Shown here: piece by piece, positions 47,470 to 59,500 of the stretch
Layout of the letters: every line of letters starts with the position of its first letter
How positions within the stretch are numbered: position 1 is the stretch's first letter
Source: Anthoceros angustus
Taxonomy: Eukaryota; Plantae; Anthocerotophyta
Direction of reading: 5' to 3'
DNA: 64,000 nucleotides
Assembly (NCBI GenBank): GCA_010909165.1
Contig: MU008180.1
Coordinates: 123,884 to 187,883, forward strand
The notes under the pieces: generated by a model
Database searches by the model: none
The model's input: the letters and a program-made list of their open reading frames with translations, nothing else
Told to the model about the DNA's origin: nothing
Translations under genes and position numbers: made by a program

Positions 47470-50086
47470 CCTTAGCAACGCCTTAGCAACGGTTGCTGGC
47501 TCCTCAGTGCGTCCTCCATGAAACCAAAGCCCACCAAATTGAGGGAGTAAGGGATATCCCTCCTATACTCTTCCTCCTCATCCGACCATGCGATATGTGC
47601 AAAAGGAAATTTGTCCAGTTCCCCTTCTTCCTCCAGTCGGATGTTTCTCCACCGATGTGTATCCTTCCGTTCTGTAGGAGTCTCCCCACGAGGTATCCTG
47701 CTCCAACTCAAACAAATTCGCCTCCTTCGTCTTGGGGTCCCAATCCATTGGCTTAAAAGCCACTTCCTTCCTCCCCAAGTCATCTTGCATCTTGAGCCAT
47801 AGGTCCTTCCCAATAGGATGTCATACCCTTGCCGGATAACCACATAGTCCATGAGATAGGGAATGGTCCCTATGATGGTGGTTACTCCTTGCCTCCCACA
47901 GTGCATTTTTGACATGTCACCAATCTCGACCTTGGTGGTATGCTCAATGTCCAACCCAAGCTTCCTTGCTATCCTTCGTCATGATGTTCACCCGGATCCG
48001 GTATCCAAGGGAACCGCTTGATGACGACGGCGATCTCCACTTGCGACTCCGGCCCTTGGTCTATCATGGACACTAGGTTGATCAGAGGGGTCGCACCTTG
48101 GTCTGGCTTGGGCAATCGCCTCTTCCTCTTGGGTTGCGCTTCTTGCAAGGCCCTCAGAACTTGGTTGTCCTTCAATAGTTGACCAAACGTGATAGCAAAT
48201 TGCTGATCCATGATGGCTTGCAAGGTTAAATGGTCCTCGATCGGTCCCTCCTTCCCCCAGCGGTTGCTTTAGCAACAACGTCGTTGCTTGTTTAGCAACG
48301 GCCGCCTTAGCAACGGTTGCTAACTCAGGAGGACTTCTGCGTCTCGGGATCACGAGCTCGGCGTTTGTTGTCTTGGTCAATTCCTCCTCTATCATCTCCA
48401 TGACTTCCGGCGACGTCCGGTGGAAACTCGGGTTTCCTCTCCCTTTTCTGGAACTTCTTTTCTCAGCATGGCCCCAGGCGATTCACTCCTTGATTCTTCC
48501 TTCTGGGTTCTCCTTCTCAAGTGTCTCCTCTAGATCCGTTCCCTCCGGGCTTGGAGTGCTCTCTTGACTTTGTGGTGATTGCACCTCCGTCTCTTTCTTC
48601 TTCCGCAGCCTCCTAGCTTTTCACTCCTAGTGCGCCTGACCATGGCAGCCTCTCCGTAGTAGTCTCCACACCCCAGTCCATCTAGCTTAACACCATGGCT
48701 TCCGCATCCTCCCCAAGCGCCATAAGGGCATCCTCCACGTGCATGGCTGCCCAGCTCCTTGGGATGCTGTTGAACTCATCACGGTGGTTGAGCAATTGAG
48801 CAGTCTTCCTCGGTTTGGGCAAGTGACACTCCGCTACATGACCTGTTGTTGTCTTGCACAGTAGTTCGTAGTCACCATTGGCTCTTGTGGCGATGAGCAG
48901 CTATTTGCATAATGACCAAAGCCCCTGATTTGTTGAACCACCGTTGCTTGGTTAGCAACCACAGGCACTTGGTTATTCTGAATGCGGCCCCATGGAATTT
49001 CGCATCGGCGGATGGGCGGTCTTGGGGTCTTGTTGTCCAGAACCTCACGGATCGGTAGGTATCCTCCAGCGATCCTCTTCCTCCTCCTCGTGGCGAGCAT
49101 GTGCACCTTGGCCACATGGCAGTTGGACTTAGTGTGGCTGGCTGGCCACAAGTGGAACAAAGCAGTTAGCCGAGCCTTTGGATGCGCTCTCCTCTTCTCA
49201 TGCTCCTTCACGTTGAGGTGAAACTTCTCAATTTGCTCATCATTTCCTCCATCTTCATTTCTTCTTGTTGCACCTTCTTGACTTGACCTCCCTCTTGACT
49301 TGTTCCACTTCCTTCTTAGCACTAGCGACCTCTTGTTTAGCCCTGGCCAGCTCCCTTGATCCTCGAGCCTCTGGTTTCTTCTTAGCGTCAACCTTCTTCT
49401 TCTGCGTCTCTCTTAGGGTTTCTTCCTCCGTCTTGCCATCCTCAGGAAGAGTCCTCCAGTCTGAGTCTTGAGAGGAGTCACTCTCCTCGAAGATTCTTCC
49501 TCCGGCAGATCCCTTGTCCTTCTTCCCTCGCTTGGACTTCTTCTTCTTGCTCTTTTCCTTCTTGTGCTTCTTCTTGTCCAAGGAGTTGGATTCTTCGTAG
49601 TTGAGTGCCGCCTTGATGGCCTTGTCTCGTCTTTCTCCGCTTGCGCCTCACATGTCGGCCCATCTCGGATCTAACCCCTTAGCAACCACCGAATGGCACA
49701 GTAAATCGAGTGAGGACCACTACGATCACGCAAGTTAAGAAACCTCTCAACATAAGCTTGCAAGGTCTCCTTCCTTCTTCTCCTCAAAAACTCCAACTTT
49801 GACAACACGTAGCCTTCTACATCTATTCCCCAGAACCTCTCACAAAAGGCTTTCTTGATTCGTTGAAGGTTCTTTGAGTCTTGATGCCTTGAGGTACTCC
49901 CTCTTGTACCACTTGGCTGGCCCTCCGAAGAACTCCGTAGAAGAGTGAATCTGCTGCAGATCCCAGTTCACGATTTGCAATGGTTAGTTGCTCAAAGCGT
50001 TCAACAAACTCGCGGATCTTCATACCCTTCTTCTCTCCATACGGTGGGTATGTGGCAGTAGTTATTGCAAAAGGCTGAGTCGCCAT
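47470..50086 (-). pseudogene. G2 gag and protease, frameshifted
   Basis: MATQPFAITTATYPPYGEKKGMKIREFVERFEQ; Lys-rich KKHKKEKSKKKKSK; knuckle-like GHYANSC; protease AVPLDTGSG near 48000. Confidence 0.85.
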
Positions 50087-50718
50087 GACGTCGTCACTAT
50101 CCCGGCAACGCGATTGTTGGTCTAGCAGGATCTCTGTAGCATACTGTCAAAAGTTCTTTGAGTTCACGGGCACAAGTTGACCAGGTCGGAAGACAAGGAT
50201 GGTGTCGGTCCTAGGCACTGTTGCTTCTTGGCTCCTCCGGTCGTTGCTTTCTTGTGCTCTCCTCGGCTCTCGATGCGCTTCGCCTCGCTCCACGGCAGCG
50301 TTGTCTTCTTCTTTGAGTCTTCTCTTCACGGTGGGTATGGGCTGCTTAGTTATTGCAAAAGGCGAAGTCGCCATGGATCGTCACTATCCCGGACCGCGAT
50401 TGTTGGTCTAGCAGGATCTCTAGCATACGCCAAAGTTCTTGAGTTCACAATGCATTCAGACGGAGGTCGGAAGACAAGGATGGGTCCGGTCCTAGGCGTG
50501 CTTGCTTCTTGGCTCCTCCAGAGTGCGTTGCTGCTGTGCTCTCCTCGGCTCTCGATGCAGCCCTTCCGCTCCACGGCAGCGTTGTCTTCTTCTTTGAGTC
50601 TTCTCTTCACGGTCGGAACTTTCGGACTCAATGGGTAGCATCCATGTATCACACTCAAGACTCCCAATACACTACTAGACAAGGTTAGTCTACTCTAAGG
50701 TCTTGACAACAATGACAC

Positions 50719-50735
50719 TCCCGGCAGCGGCGCCA
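50719..50735 (-). promoter_or_regulatory. G2 primer-binding site, tRNA-Asp type
   Basis: Minus strand TGGCGCCGCTGCCGGGA, 3 nt from the LTR end; close to the complement of the plant tRNA-Asp 3' end (TGGCGCCGTTGCCGGGG) used by Athila elements. Confidence 0.88.
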
Positions 50736-50738
50736 AAA

Positions 50739-51584
50739 TGTGGAGTGATTTTCTAAACCAAGTGGTCACAAAGAGGCCACATTTACCCTCTTTATCGTTG
50801 TAGACTTGAGATTCGTACCCAAGGGAGTGATTTCGTGTCAAGACAACCAAAACATAGCCAATCCAACCAAACACGGACATACAAAACATCTAGCTAGACG
50901 CTACTATCCTAACAACTCGGACTGTGGCTATCTTAGCCACGCGACCTGTTGCTACCTTAGCGGCCAGTTGCTATCTTAGCAACCACCCTCTATTTTTTAG
51001 AGGGGCCCATCTCGGGTTCAGCTATTAATAGAAGGTGGGGCCTTGATCCAAGTGGATAATTGACACCTCTCTCTTATCCTTCCACAAAGTTAGATCCACC
51101 AATCGGGTTGCTCACACAACCCACCTCCTTACTCTTGTAACTTCTTCCGGATCTCTCTTTCTTCCCTCAACCTTTCAGCTTTCCTCCCAAGCTTCATCGT
51201 CCTCCCAGGCTCTCACGGCTCACAGTACCTCTTGCATCTCTCTCCTCCCCAAGTTTCCTCTGCAACTCCTTCGCTCCTTGTTCTCACACCTCACGGCCTC
51301 ATTCAATCTCCACTTTCTCAAACATCACTTCGGACTTCTCAATCCCTCTTACTTCTCTCCACAATCACAACTCTCCATGTTGTTTCCTCCTCTCAGTTCA
51401 CTTTTCGCTCACATTTTCCAACATACAAACCCACGGTTCCGTCTCACTTGACCTTCTCTTCCACCCACGGGCTCCCGCCTTGTCTCCTTTTCCCATGACC
51501 TTGACACCTGAAAACTCAAACACAAGGTGAGTACTAGACAGGGAAGAGAATGAGTAAGAGAATGGACAGCCTCCCGGCTTCACA
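50739..51584 (-). mobile_element. G2 5' LTR (~846 bp), also serving as the 3' LTR of an upstream copy
   Basis: TG...CA ends; PBS on its left and PPT complement (ACCCCTTCCTCT, from 51585) on its right. Confidence 0.9.
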
Positions 51585-52830
51585 ACCCCTTCCTCTTGAC
51601 CTTGGGAACTCCTCCAAGGAGACCACAGGCTCCTCCTTGCTTTCCACCACTCTTGCGGATCGGCCACGGATCTGGGCAACAGTAGTCTTCTCGGCTCCTC
51701 CACGGAGAAGCGGTGCCTAGACTCACGACCTTTGGATCAGTACCCCCCAAACCCCGTGCTCACCCAAACACCGAGACTTTAGGCCAACATTGCTTACATT
51801 TCATCAAGAGGGCTGCCTCTTATACCCAAGATCACCCACAAAGCGGCTTGGCTTGCCAAAAATACCAATCGGTCTTAGCCTACCAATCCTAGAGGCCTAT
51901 CTCTTAATTCTATCCACTATGAGGATAAGATTAGTCTATAACACATGGGCCTTCTATTTGGGCCACTTACCCTATTATCCCTCACAGGCCTCCTAGGCCG
52001 CCTAGGCCCATGTTCTCCTCTTGCTCTCCTCCCTCTTGGCTGGTTGGGCAATCTCTCCCACAAAATCTCCACCTCCTCAGCTGGACTCCTCCTCTCTTTG
52101 CCGCATAGCACAGTACTCCTCCTCGGTGAGCTCTTGAATCTGGATGGGTCGGTGAGAGTCTCCCGTAAGTCCAACCCATAGGTAGGATCCGTGCCGTCAA
52201 GGCATGGATCAAGTACCTCCATGTCCCCCTGCCCACAACAACATAAACTTTCGGAGACAATCTTCTCTCCAGCCAAGGAGAATCCGGGCACATGATTATC
52301 TTGATAAGCATCCCTCAATCTAATGCACCATTGGGAAGTTAGACTTCTTAGGCGGTGCTTACCGCTCCCCAGCTGTTGTCCTCCTCACAGTCTTGTTGCC
52401 CCTTTCTTCCTTGTTGGCTTTGGTCTTGGAGCTTATTCGTTGTTGCTTCCCTAGCAGTGCAGGCTGTTGCTTCCTAGCAGCGGCGGTTGCTTGTAACCTC
52501 CTCATGTTGCTAACTCGGCAAGATTCTTCCATAGGAGCCTGCCTCTTCCACGGTGGCCTCCTTGCAATCACAGCCCTCTTGGCCTCCTTCCGACCTTTCC
52601 TAGCCTCGTCCCTCTCCTTCTGTGGCGCTCGGCGAGGCATCCGAGGTTCGGCTGCACTTGTGCATCGAAATAACGTATGCAGCTCTCCTATGGTGCTCTG
52701 TGTCGGAGAGTGAGCCATGAGGCTTCTGGTCCTTAGACTTCATGCAACTCCTCTCGGACCTTCCCTATTTCCACTTCCAAGCGGCGTCCCTCAAAACCTC
52801 CTTCTCCTTCTTCATCTTACGGGCTACGCT
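51585..52830 (-). mobile_element. PPT and 3' internal region of a second G2-family copy, interrupted by G3
   Basis: Homologous to 33712-34940; repeated again at about 54320-54770. Confidence 0.88.
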
Positions 52831-52839
52831 GGAGGCATC

Positions 52840-53926
52840 CGGGGCTCCCGAGATGCACCCTCTAGCGGCCACACTTATCCTTTGTCGTTTCGTCGTTGGG
52901 TTTCGTCCCATGAGACTTGGGAAGCGGTCGAATCTTGAGAATCCGTCACTACTGCGGCTACACACTACCTCAGCCTTCTAAACAAGCAAGGCGCCCTCTC
53001 ACGCTCCCTCTCAGCTCGCGCCCGTCTTTGCCGTAAACTCACCAAACCTCAACCTAGCGACACCACACAATTGCAGTTCGTCTTAACAGGTGTCTATCAC
53101 GGGCGCCAGGGGACCCCCACGACCCACACGCAACCGTCCCTACTCCTAAGACACTCTTCTCCACAGGGGCGCCCTCTTACTTGCAGTTGGGATTCGTCCC
53201 TTAGGCTCTGCACTGTGGCCTTAGTTTTCCTACACTCTAATCCTCCTCACAACTCTCTCAATCAACAACGCCCTCTTCTTCTCTACTCATCTACCCTTCC
53301 TTCCTCCACAATCTCCTACTCTAACACCAATTCTGGCTCATTAATTCCAACTCGCCCTTACGGCTGGCACAGGGTCGTCAGGAATTAACGAGTTCTTCCT
53401 TGGGCGGTTGCTATGTGGTTTGCAGACGGCGAGAACCTCCGAGTCTTTCCTGCAGTCTACCCTCAAGCCGAGAGTTCCTTGAGCATCGCCACACACTCAA
53501 AGCAAAACAATTCACCGGCAACCATTCACAAGGGAGGCGGCTAGCGGGCGCTGCAAGAGCAAGCCCTCCACCCAGCACTCCGACCGCGCGTTCTCCCTCT
53601 CTACCAGACACTGCGTTGGCTTGCGGCCGGCGAAATTCACGCACACAAAGTGAAGGACTCGGGAGGATGGGAGCGCAAGACACGATAATTTTACTTCACA
53701 AGCTCCCTCCTTTTATGGGAGGTCCTCACATACTGCCTCCCACAGCGCGCCCTCACAGCCGCCTTACTCCTTATTTTAGTGTATCCTATTGTATTTAAGT
53801 TCGACATCCAAGCATCTTGGGTAAAATTCTATTCTAGCAAAATTCACCTATGTGAGCCTTAATGGCTCCTGTCAACATTCCTATCTAGCTAGTCAACACA
53901 CTCTCTTTGGTGACAAGCATTAATAC
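52840..53926 (-). mobile_element. G3 3' LTR (~1.1 kb; left edge approximate); second copy about 54770-56531 with an internal ~690-bp duplication
   Basis: PPT AGAGGAGGACA (53927-53937 and 56532-56542) followed by TGCATTAAT in the second copy; TATAAAAG on the minus strand near 55627-55634. Confidence 0.75.
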
Positions 53927-56586
53927 TGTCCTCCTCTAAAGAAAAGTCTTCCCAAGTGGCATCTTGCCCCATGTCTTCAAGCTAATTTAAGGACTTCTTA
54001 TGAATCCCTTCCTTATCTTGATGCCTATCTTGAGTTCCTTCCTCCAATAAAATAGCCGGGCTCTCTTAGCCGGCTCATCCTCGACTTCTCCTCTTCCTCT
54101 CACTTGTGGAGCAAGTGAGCTCCTTGCTCCTGCACCCATGTTAGGAGGTTGGTCTTCTCCTTGTGATTCTTGCTCCATTCACAAGATCAACCCCTCTTCC
54201 TTCTTTCTGCAAGGGCCAAGGTACTCGCCTCCTTGCCGTCAAATCCATGCTAGCGACCTTTGAATCCTGCTTCTTCCTCCTACCATGGTAGGACCTTCTC
54301 CTACGGTAGGAGTCCCTCCTCCACATCTTGCCCCTTTCTTCCTTGTGGCTTTGGTCTTGGAGCTTATTGATTGTTGCTTCCCTAGCAGTGCAGGCTGTTG
54401 CTTCCCTAGCAGCGGCGGTTGCTTGCTTAGCAACCTCCTCGGTACATTGCTAACTCGACAGATTCTTCCATAGGAGCCTCTGCCTCTTCACGGTGGCCTC
54501 CTTGCAATCCACAGCCCTCTTGGCCTCCTTCCGACCTTTCCTAGCCTCGTCCCTCTCCTTCTGTGGCGCTCGGCGAGGCATCCGAGGTTTCACTGCACTT
54601 GTGCATCTGAAATAACATTACTCTCCTATGGTGCTCTGTGTCGGAGAGTGAGCCATGAGGGCTTCTGGTCCTTAGACTTAGCCAACTCCTCTCGGACCTT
54701 CCCTATTTCCACTTCCAAGCTTGGCGTCCCTCAAAACCTCCTTCTCCTTCTTCATCTTGGAGCTCATGGGAGATCCGGGGCTCGAGATGCACCCTCTAGC
54801 GGCCACACTTATCCCTTTCGTTTCGTCGTTGGGTTTCGTCCCATGAGACTTGGGAGCGGTCGAGATCTTGAGAATCCGTCACTACACCGCACTACCTCAG
54901 CCTTCTAAACAAGCAAGGCGCCCTCTCACGCTCCCTCTCAGCCTACGCGCCCGTCTTGCCGTAAACTCACCAAACCTCAACCTACAGCGACACCACAATT
55001 GCAGTTCGTCTTAACGGCAGGTGTCTATCACGGGCGCCAGGGGACCCCCGACCCACACCGCAACCGTCCCTACTCCTAAGACACTCTTCTCCACAGGGGC
55101 GCCCTCTTACTTGCAGTTGGGATTCGTCCCTTAGGCTCACATGGCCTTAGTTTTCCTACACTCTAATCCTCCTCACAACTCTCTCAATCAACAACGCCCT
55201 CTTCTTCTCTACTCATCTACCCTTCCTTCCTCCACAATCTCCTACTCTAACACCAATTCTGGCTCATTAATTCCAACTCGCCCTTACGGCTGGCGCAGGG
55301 TCCGTCAGGAATTAACGAGTTCTTCCTTGGGCGGTTGCTATGTGGTTTGCAGACGGCGAGAACCTCCAGTCTTTCCTGCAGTCTACCCTCAAGCCGAGAG
55401 TTCCTTGAGCATCGCCACACACTCAAAGCAAAACAATTCACACAACCATTCACAAGGGAGGCGGCTAGCGGGCGCTGCAAAGAGCAAGCCCTCCACCCGG
55501 CACTCCGCGTTCTCCTCTCTACCGGACCTGCGTTGGCTTGCGGCCGCGAAATTCACGCACACAAAGTGAAGGACTCGGGAGGATGGGAGCGCAAGACACG
55601 ATAATTTTACTTCACAAGCTCCCTCCTTTTATAGGGAGGTCCTCACATACAGCCTCCCACAGCGCGCCCTCCACAGCCTTTGCCTCCTTATTTTAGTGTA
55701 TCCTATTGTCAGACTTTAAGTTCTGACATCCAAGCATCTTGGGTAAAATTCTATTCTAGCAAAATTCACCTATGTGAGCCTTAATGGCTCCTGTCAACAT
55801 TCCTATCTAGCTAGTCAACACACTCTCTTTGGTGACAAGCATTAATCCTCCTCACAACTCTCTCAATCAACAACGCCCTCTTCTTCTCTACTCATCTACC
55901 CTTCCTTCCTCCACAATCTCCTACTCTAACACCAATTCTGGCTCATTAATTCCAACTCGCCCTTACGGCTGGCGCAGGGTCCGTCCAGGAATTAACGAGT
56001 TCTTCCTTGGGCGGTTGCTATGTGGTTTGCAGACGGCGAGAACCTCCAGTCTTTCCTGCAGTCTACCCTCAAGCCGAGAGTTCCTTGAGCATCGCCACAC
56101 ACTCAAAGCAAAACAATTCACACAACCATTCACAAGGGAGGCGGCTAGCGGGCGCTGCAAAGAGCAAGCCCTCCACCCGGCACTCCGCGTTCTCCTCTCT
56201 ACCGGACCTGCGTTGGCTTGCGGCCGGCGAAATTCACGCACACAAAGTGAAGGACTCGGGAGGATGGGAGCGCAAGACACGATAATTTTACTTCACAAGC
56301 TCCCTCCTTTTATAGGGAGGTCCTCACATCTGACCTCCCACAGCGCGCCCTCCACAGCCTTTGCCTCCTTATTTTAGTGTATCCTATTGTCAGACTTTAA
56401 GTTCTGACATCCAAGCATCTTGGGTAAAATTCTATTCTAGCAAAATTCACCTATGTGAGCCTTAATGGCTCCTGTCAACATTCCTATCTAGCTAGTCAAC
56501 ACACTCTACTGGGCTGACAAGCATTAATGCATGTCCTCCTCTAAAGAAAAGTCTTCCCAAGTGGCATCTTGCTCCATGTTTTCAAG

Positions 56587-59500
56587 CTAATTTAAGGACT
56601 TCTTATGAATCCCCTTCCTTATCTTGATGCCTATCTTGAGTTCCTTCCTCCAATAAAATAGCCGGGCTCTCTTAGCCGGCTCATCCTCGACTTCTCCTCT
56701 TCCTCTCACTTGTGGAGCAAGTGAGCTCCTTGCTCCTGCACCCATGTTAGGAGGTTGGTCTTCTCCTTGTGATTCTTGCTCCATTCACAAGATCAACCCC
56801 TCTTCCTTCTTTCTGCAAGGGCCAAGGTACTCGCCTCCCTTGCCGTCAAATCCATGCTAGCGACCTTTGAATCCTGCTTCTTCCTCCTACCATGGTAGGA
56901 CCTTCTCCTACGGTAGGAGTCCCTCCTACCACAGTAGGAACTCCTCCTACCAGTAGGAGTTCCTGAGGTTTTCTTCTTCCTTACCCCTTCCTGGGGTGAT
57001 TCTCTCCACCTGTGCAGCTTCCCCCGCTTTACTCGCTTCTCCCTGGTGCGAAGTTTCTCCACCCCTGTTGCTTGGGACACTCTCCAAGTCTAAGGCTTCC
57101 GGTTGGACTTGCATGAGGGCCTCCCTATCATCGTCATGAGGTCCCAACATCCTCCTCTCAGCAAGTCGCAACAACTCGTTAGTGGCCTTGAGCACCTTGT
57201 TGTGAAGATGGGCTGCAAATCGTTGTTGTGCCATCTCCAATTCTTCGTAATCCTCAAGCCATACTCCATGCTCACACTTGCTTTTGTAAGCATCTCGCTC
57301 CAAGGCCAGCTCACGGTCTTGACATGGAGAGCCACATTCTCCGTCCTCTCATTACTGCGGTTGGCGGATCAATCTCTCTTGTAGGGCATAATCAGCCCGA
57401 AATCTGCTCCCTCACCGCCAACATATCTTTGCACCGCCTCATGGCCTTTCTCCTTTGCCATTTCTTCCTCCAACTCCCCTATCCTCCTAGGGAGTTGTGC
57501 ACTCTCCGTTCTTTGGACTTCTCGTTCCATTTCCAATCTTTGGACAAAATGTGTCCGTTCTTCCAGCTCTTCTTCCTTCAATTCCAGCCTCCGTGATTTC
57601 TCCCAGCTCCTTTTCCATGTCACTAATCTTCACACGGCTGTGTGGCTATGACCCGCTCATGTCGCCTACTTGCCTTTGTCTTTGTCCTCATTTCTTTGCG
57701 GTGCTCTCGTCTTGACCTTTCCTCCATTAGCAGCACTTGCTTGTCTTCCTTCTTTTCCATGTGCGCACCATGTGAGCAAGTTGCTCCACCTTCTCCTCTC
57801 GAGCTGCCAATTGCTTGGTAAGAGCCTTGTTCTCCGAATATGATTGTTTGCCTCCTGCCTTGTTTCAAGACTCTTTTCCAAGTGCTCCACTTGAGCTTCC
57901 ATCCTCATAACATCCTCCTGCTGGGTTTCCGCTCGCCTACCGCAATTTCCCTTGCTTGGTAGGTCCTTGTCTTCTCCGCCTCCGTCTTCAAGAATTCAAC
58001 TCTCCTCTTGGCGGCTCCTATCTACCTTCTTGAACATCTCCCCTATGCATCTCCTCCAACATGTCTAAGTCTCCTTTCTTACCTCCGGGAGACTCAAGGC
58101 CTTTGCCTTGCTCATGGGATCTTACATCCCTTGCTTCCCTATGATGAGCTCCCGCTCATCACTTGGTGGGGCAACTCCTCCCACCGTGACTCCATCCGCT
58201 CGCCCACCTAGCAGGGGTTGCCTTCTTATCTCCTCTTGGGAGCTTCCAAACCGTGACTTCCTTTTCCCTCCTACCGTGGTAGGAGGTGCTCCTAGTAGGA
58301 CTACTTCCTACCGTGGTAGGACTAATTCTGCCCGTAGGCCTTGTCATGAGGAGGACGAAGGGGTCCAAACCACTGGGAACACCTCCCACCCTCGCGGCAG
58401 ATTCACCGCCAACATGTCTTTGCACCACCGCCTCATGGCCTTTCTCCTTTGCCATTTCTTCCTCCAACTCCCCTATCCTCCTAGGGAGTTGTGCATTCTC
58501 CGTTCTTTGGACTTCTCGTTCCATTTCCAATCTTTGGACAAAATGTGTCCGTTCTTCCAGCTCTTCTTCCTTCAATTCCAGCCTCCGTGGTTTCTCCCAG
58601 CTCCTTTTCCATGTCACTAATCTTCACGGCTGTGTGGCTATGACCCGCTCATGCGCCTACTTGCCTTTGTCTTTGTCCTCATTTCTTTGATTGCTCTCGT
58701 CTTGACCTTTCCTCCATTAGCACTTGCTTGTCTTCGCCTTCTTTTCCATGTCGCACCATGTGAGCAAGTTGCTCCACCTTCTCCTCTCGAGCTGCCAATT
58801 GCTTGGTAAGAGCCTTGTTCTCCGAATATGATTGTTTGCCTCCTGTAGCCTTGTTTCAAGACTCTTTTCCAAGTGCTCCACTTGAGCTTCCATCCTCATA
58901 ACATCCTCCACCTGGGTTTCCGCTCGCCTACAATTTCCCTTGCTTGGTAGGTCCTTGTCTTCTCCGCCTCCGTCTTCAAGAATTCAACTCTCCTCTTGGC
59001 GGCTCCTATCTACCTTCTTGAACATCTCCCCTGCGCGCATCTCCTCCAACATGTCTAAGTCTCCTTTCTTACCTCCGGAGACTCAAGGCCTTTGCCTTGC
59101 TCATGGGATCTTACATCCCTTGCTTCCCTATGATGAGCTCCCGCTCATCACTTGGTGGGGCAACTCCTCCCACCGTGACTCCATCCGCTCGCCCACCTAG
59201 CAGGGGTTGCCTTCTTATCTCCTCTTGGGAGCTTCCAAACCGTGACTTCCTTTTCCCTCCTACCGTGGTAGGAGGTGCTCCTAGTAGGACTACTTCCCTC
59301 GTGGTAGGACTAATTCTGCCCGTAGGCCTTGTCATGAGGAGGACGAAGGGGTCCAAACCACTGGGAACACCTCCCACCCTCGCAGCGGGATTCACGCCAT
59401 GGTAGGATCTATCCTACCTTCCATCTCCGCATCCTCCGCGGTCCAAACTTCAAATCCCCTACAACTTCTCCTTGCAAGTCCTCCTGCATCCTCGGCCTAT

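Larger units (their letters stand above)
32849..51584 (-). mobile_element. G2: near-complete Athila-like (non-chromovirus) Ty3/gypsy element with internal duplications
   Basis: Two homologous LTRs, tRNA-Asp-type PBS, PPT, order gag-PR-RT-RH-INT, extra ORFs between INT and the 3' LTR, no chromodomain after INT. Confidence 0.92.

Noticed and set aside
50097-50115. Second PBS-like sequence (CGTTGCCGGGA) just upstream of the G2 gag ATG
   Set aside because: Lacks the TGG start and an adjacent LTR end; probably chance or a relic.
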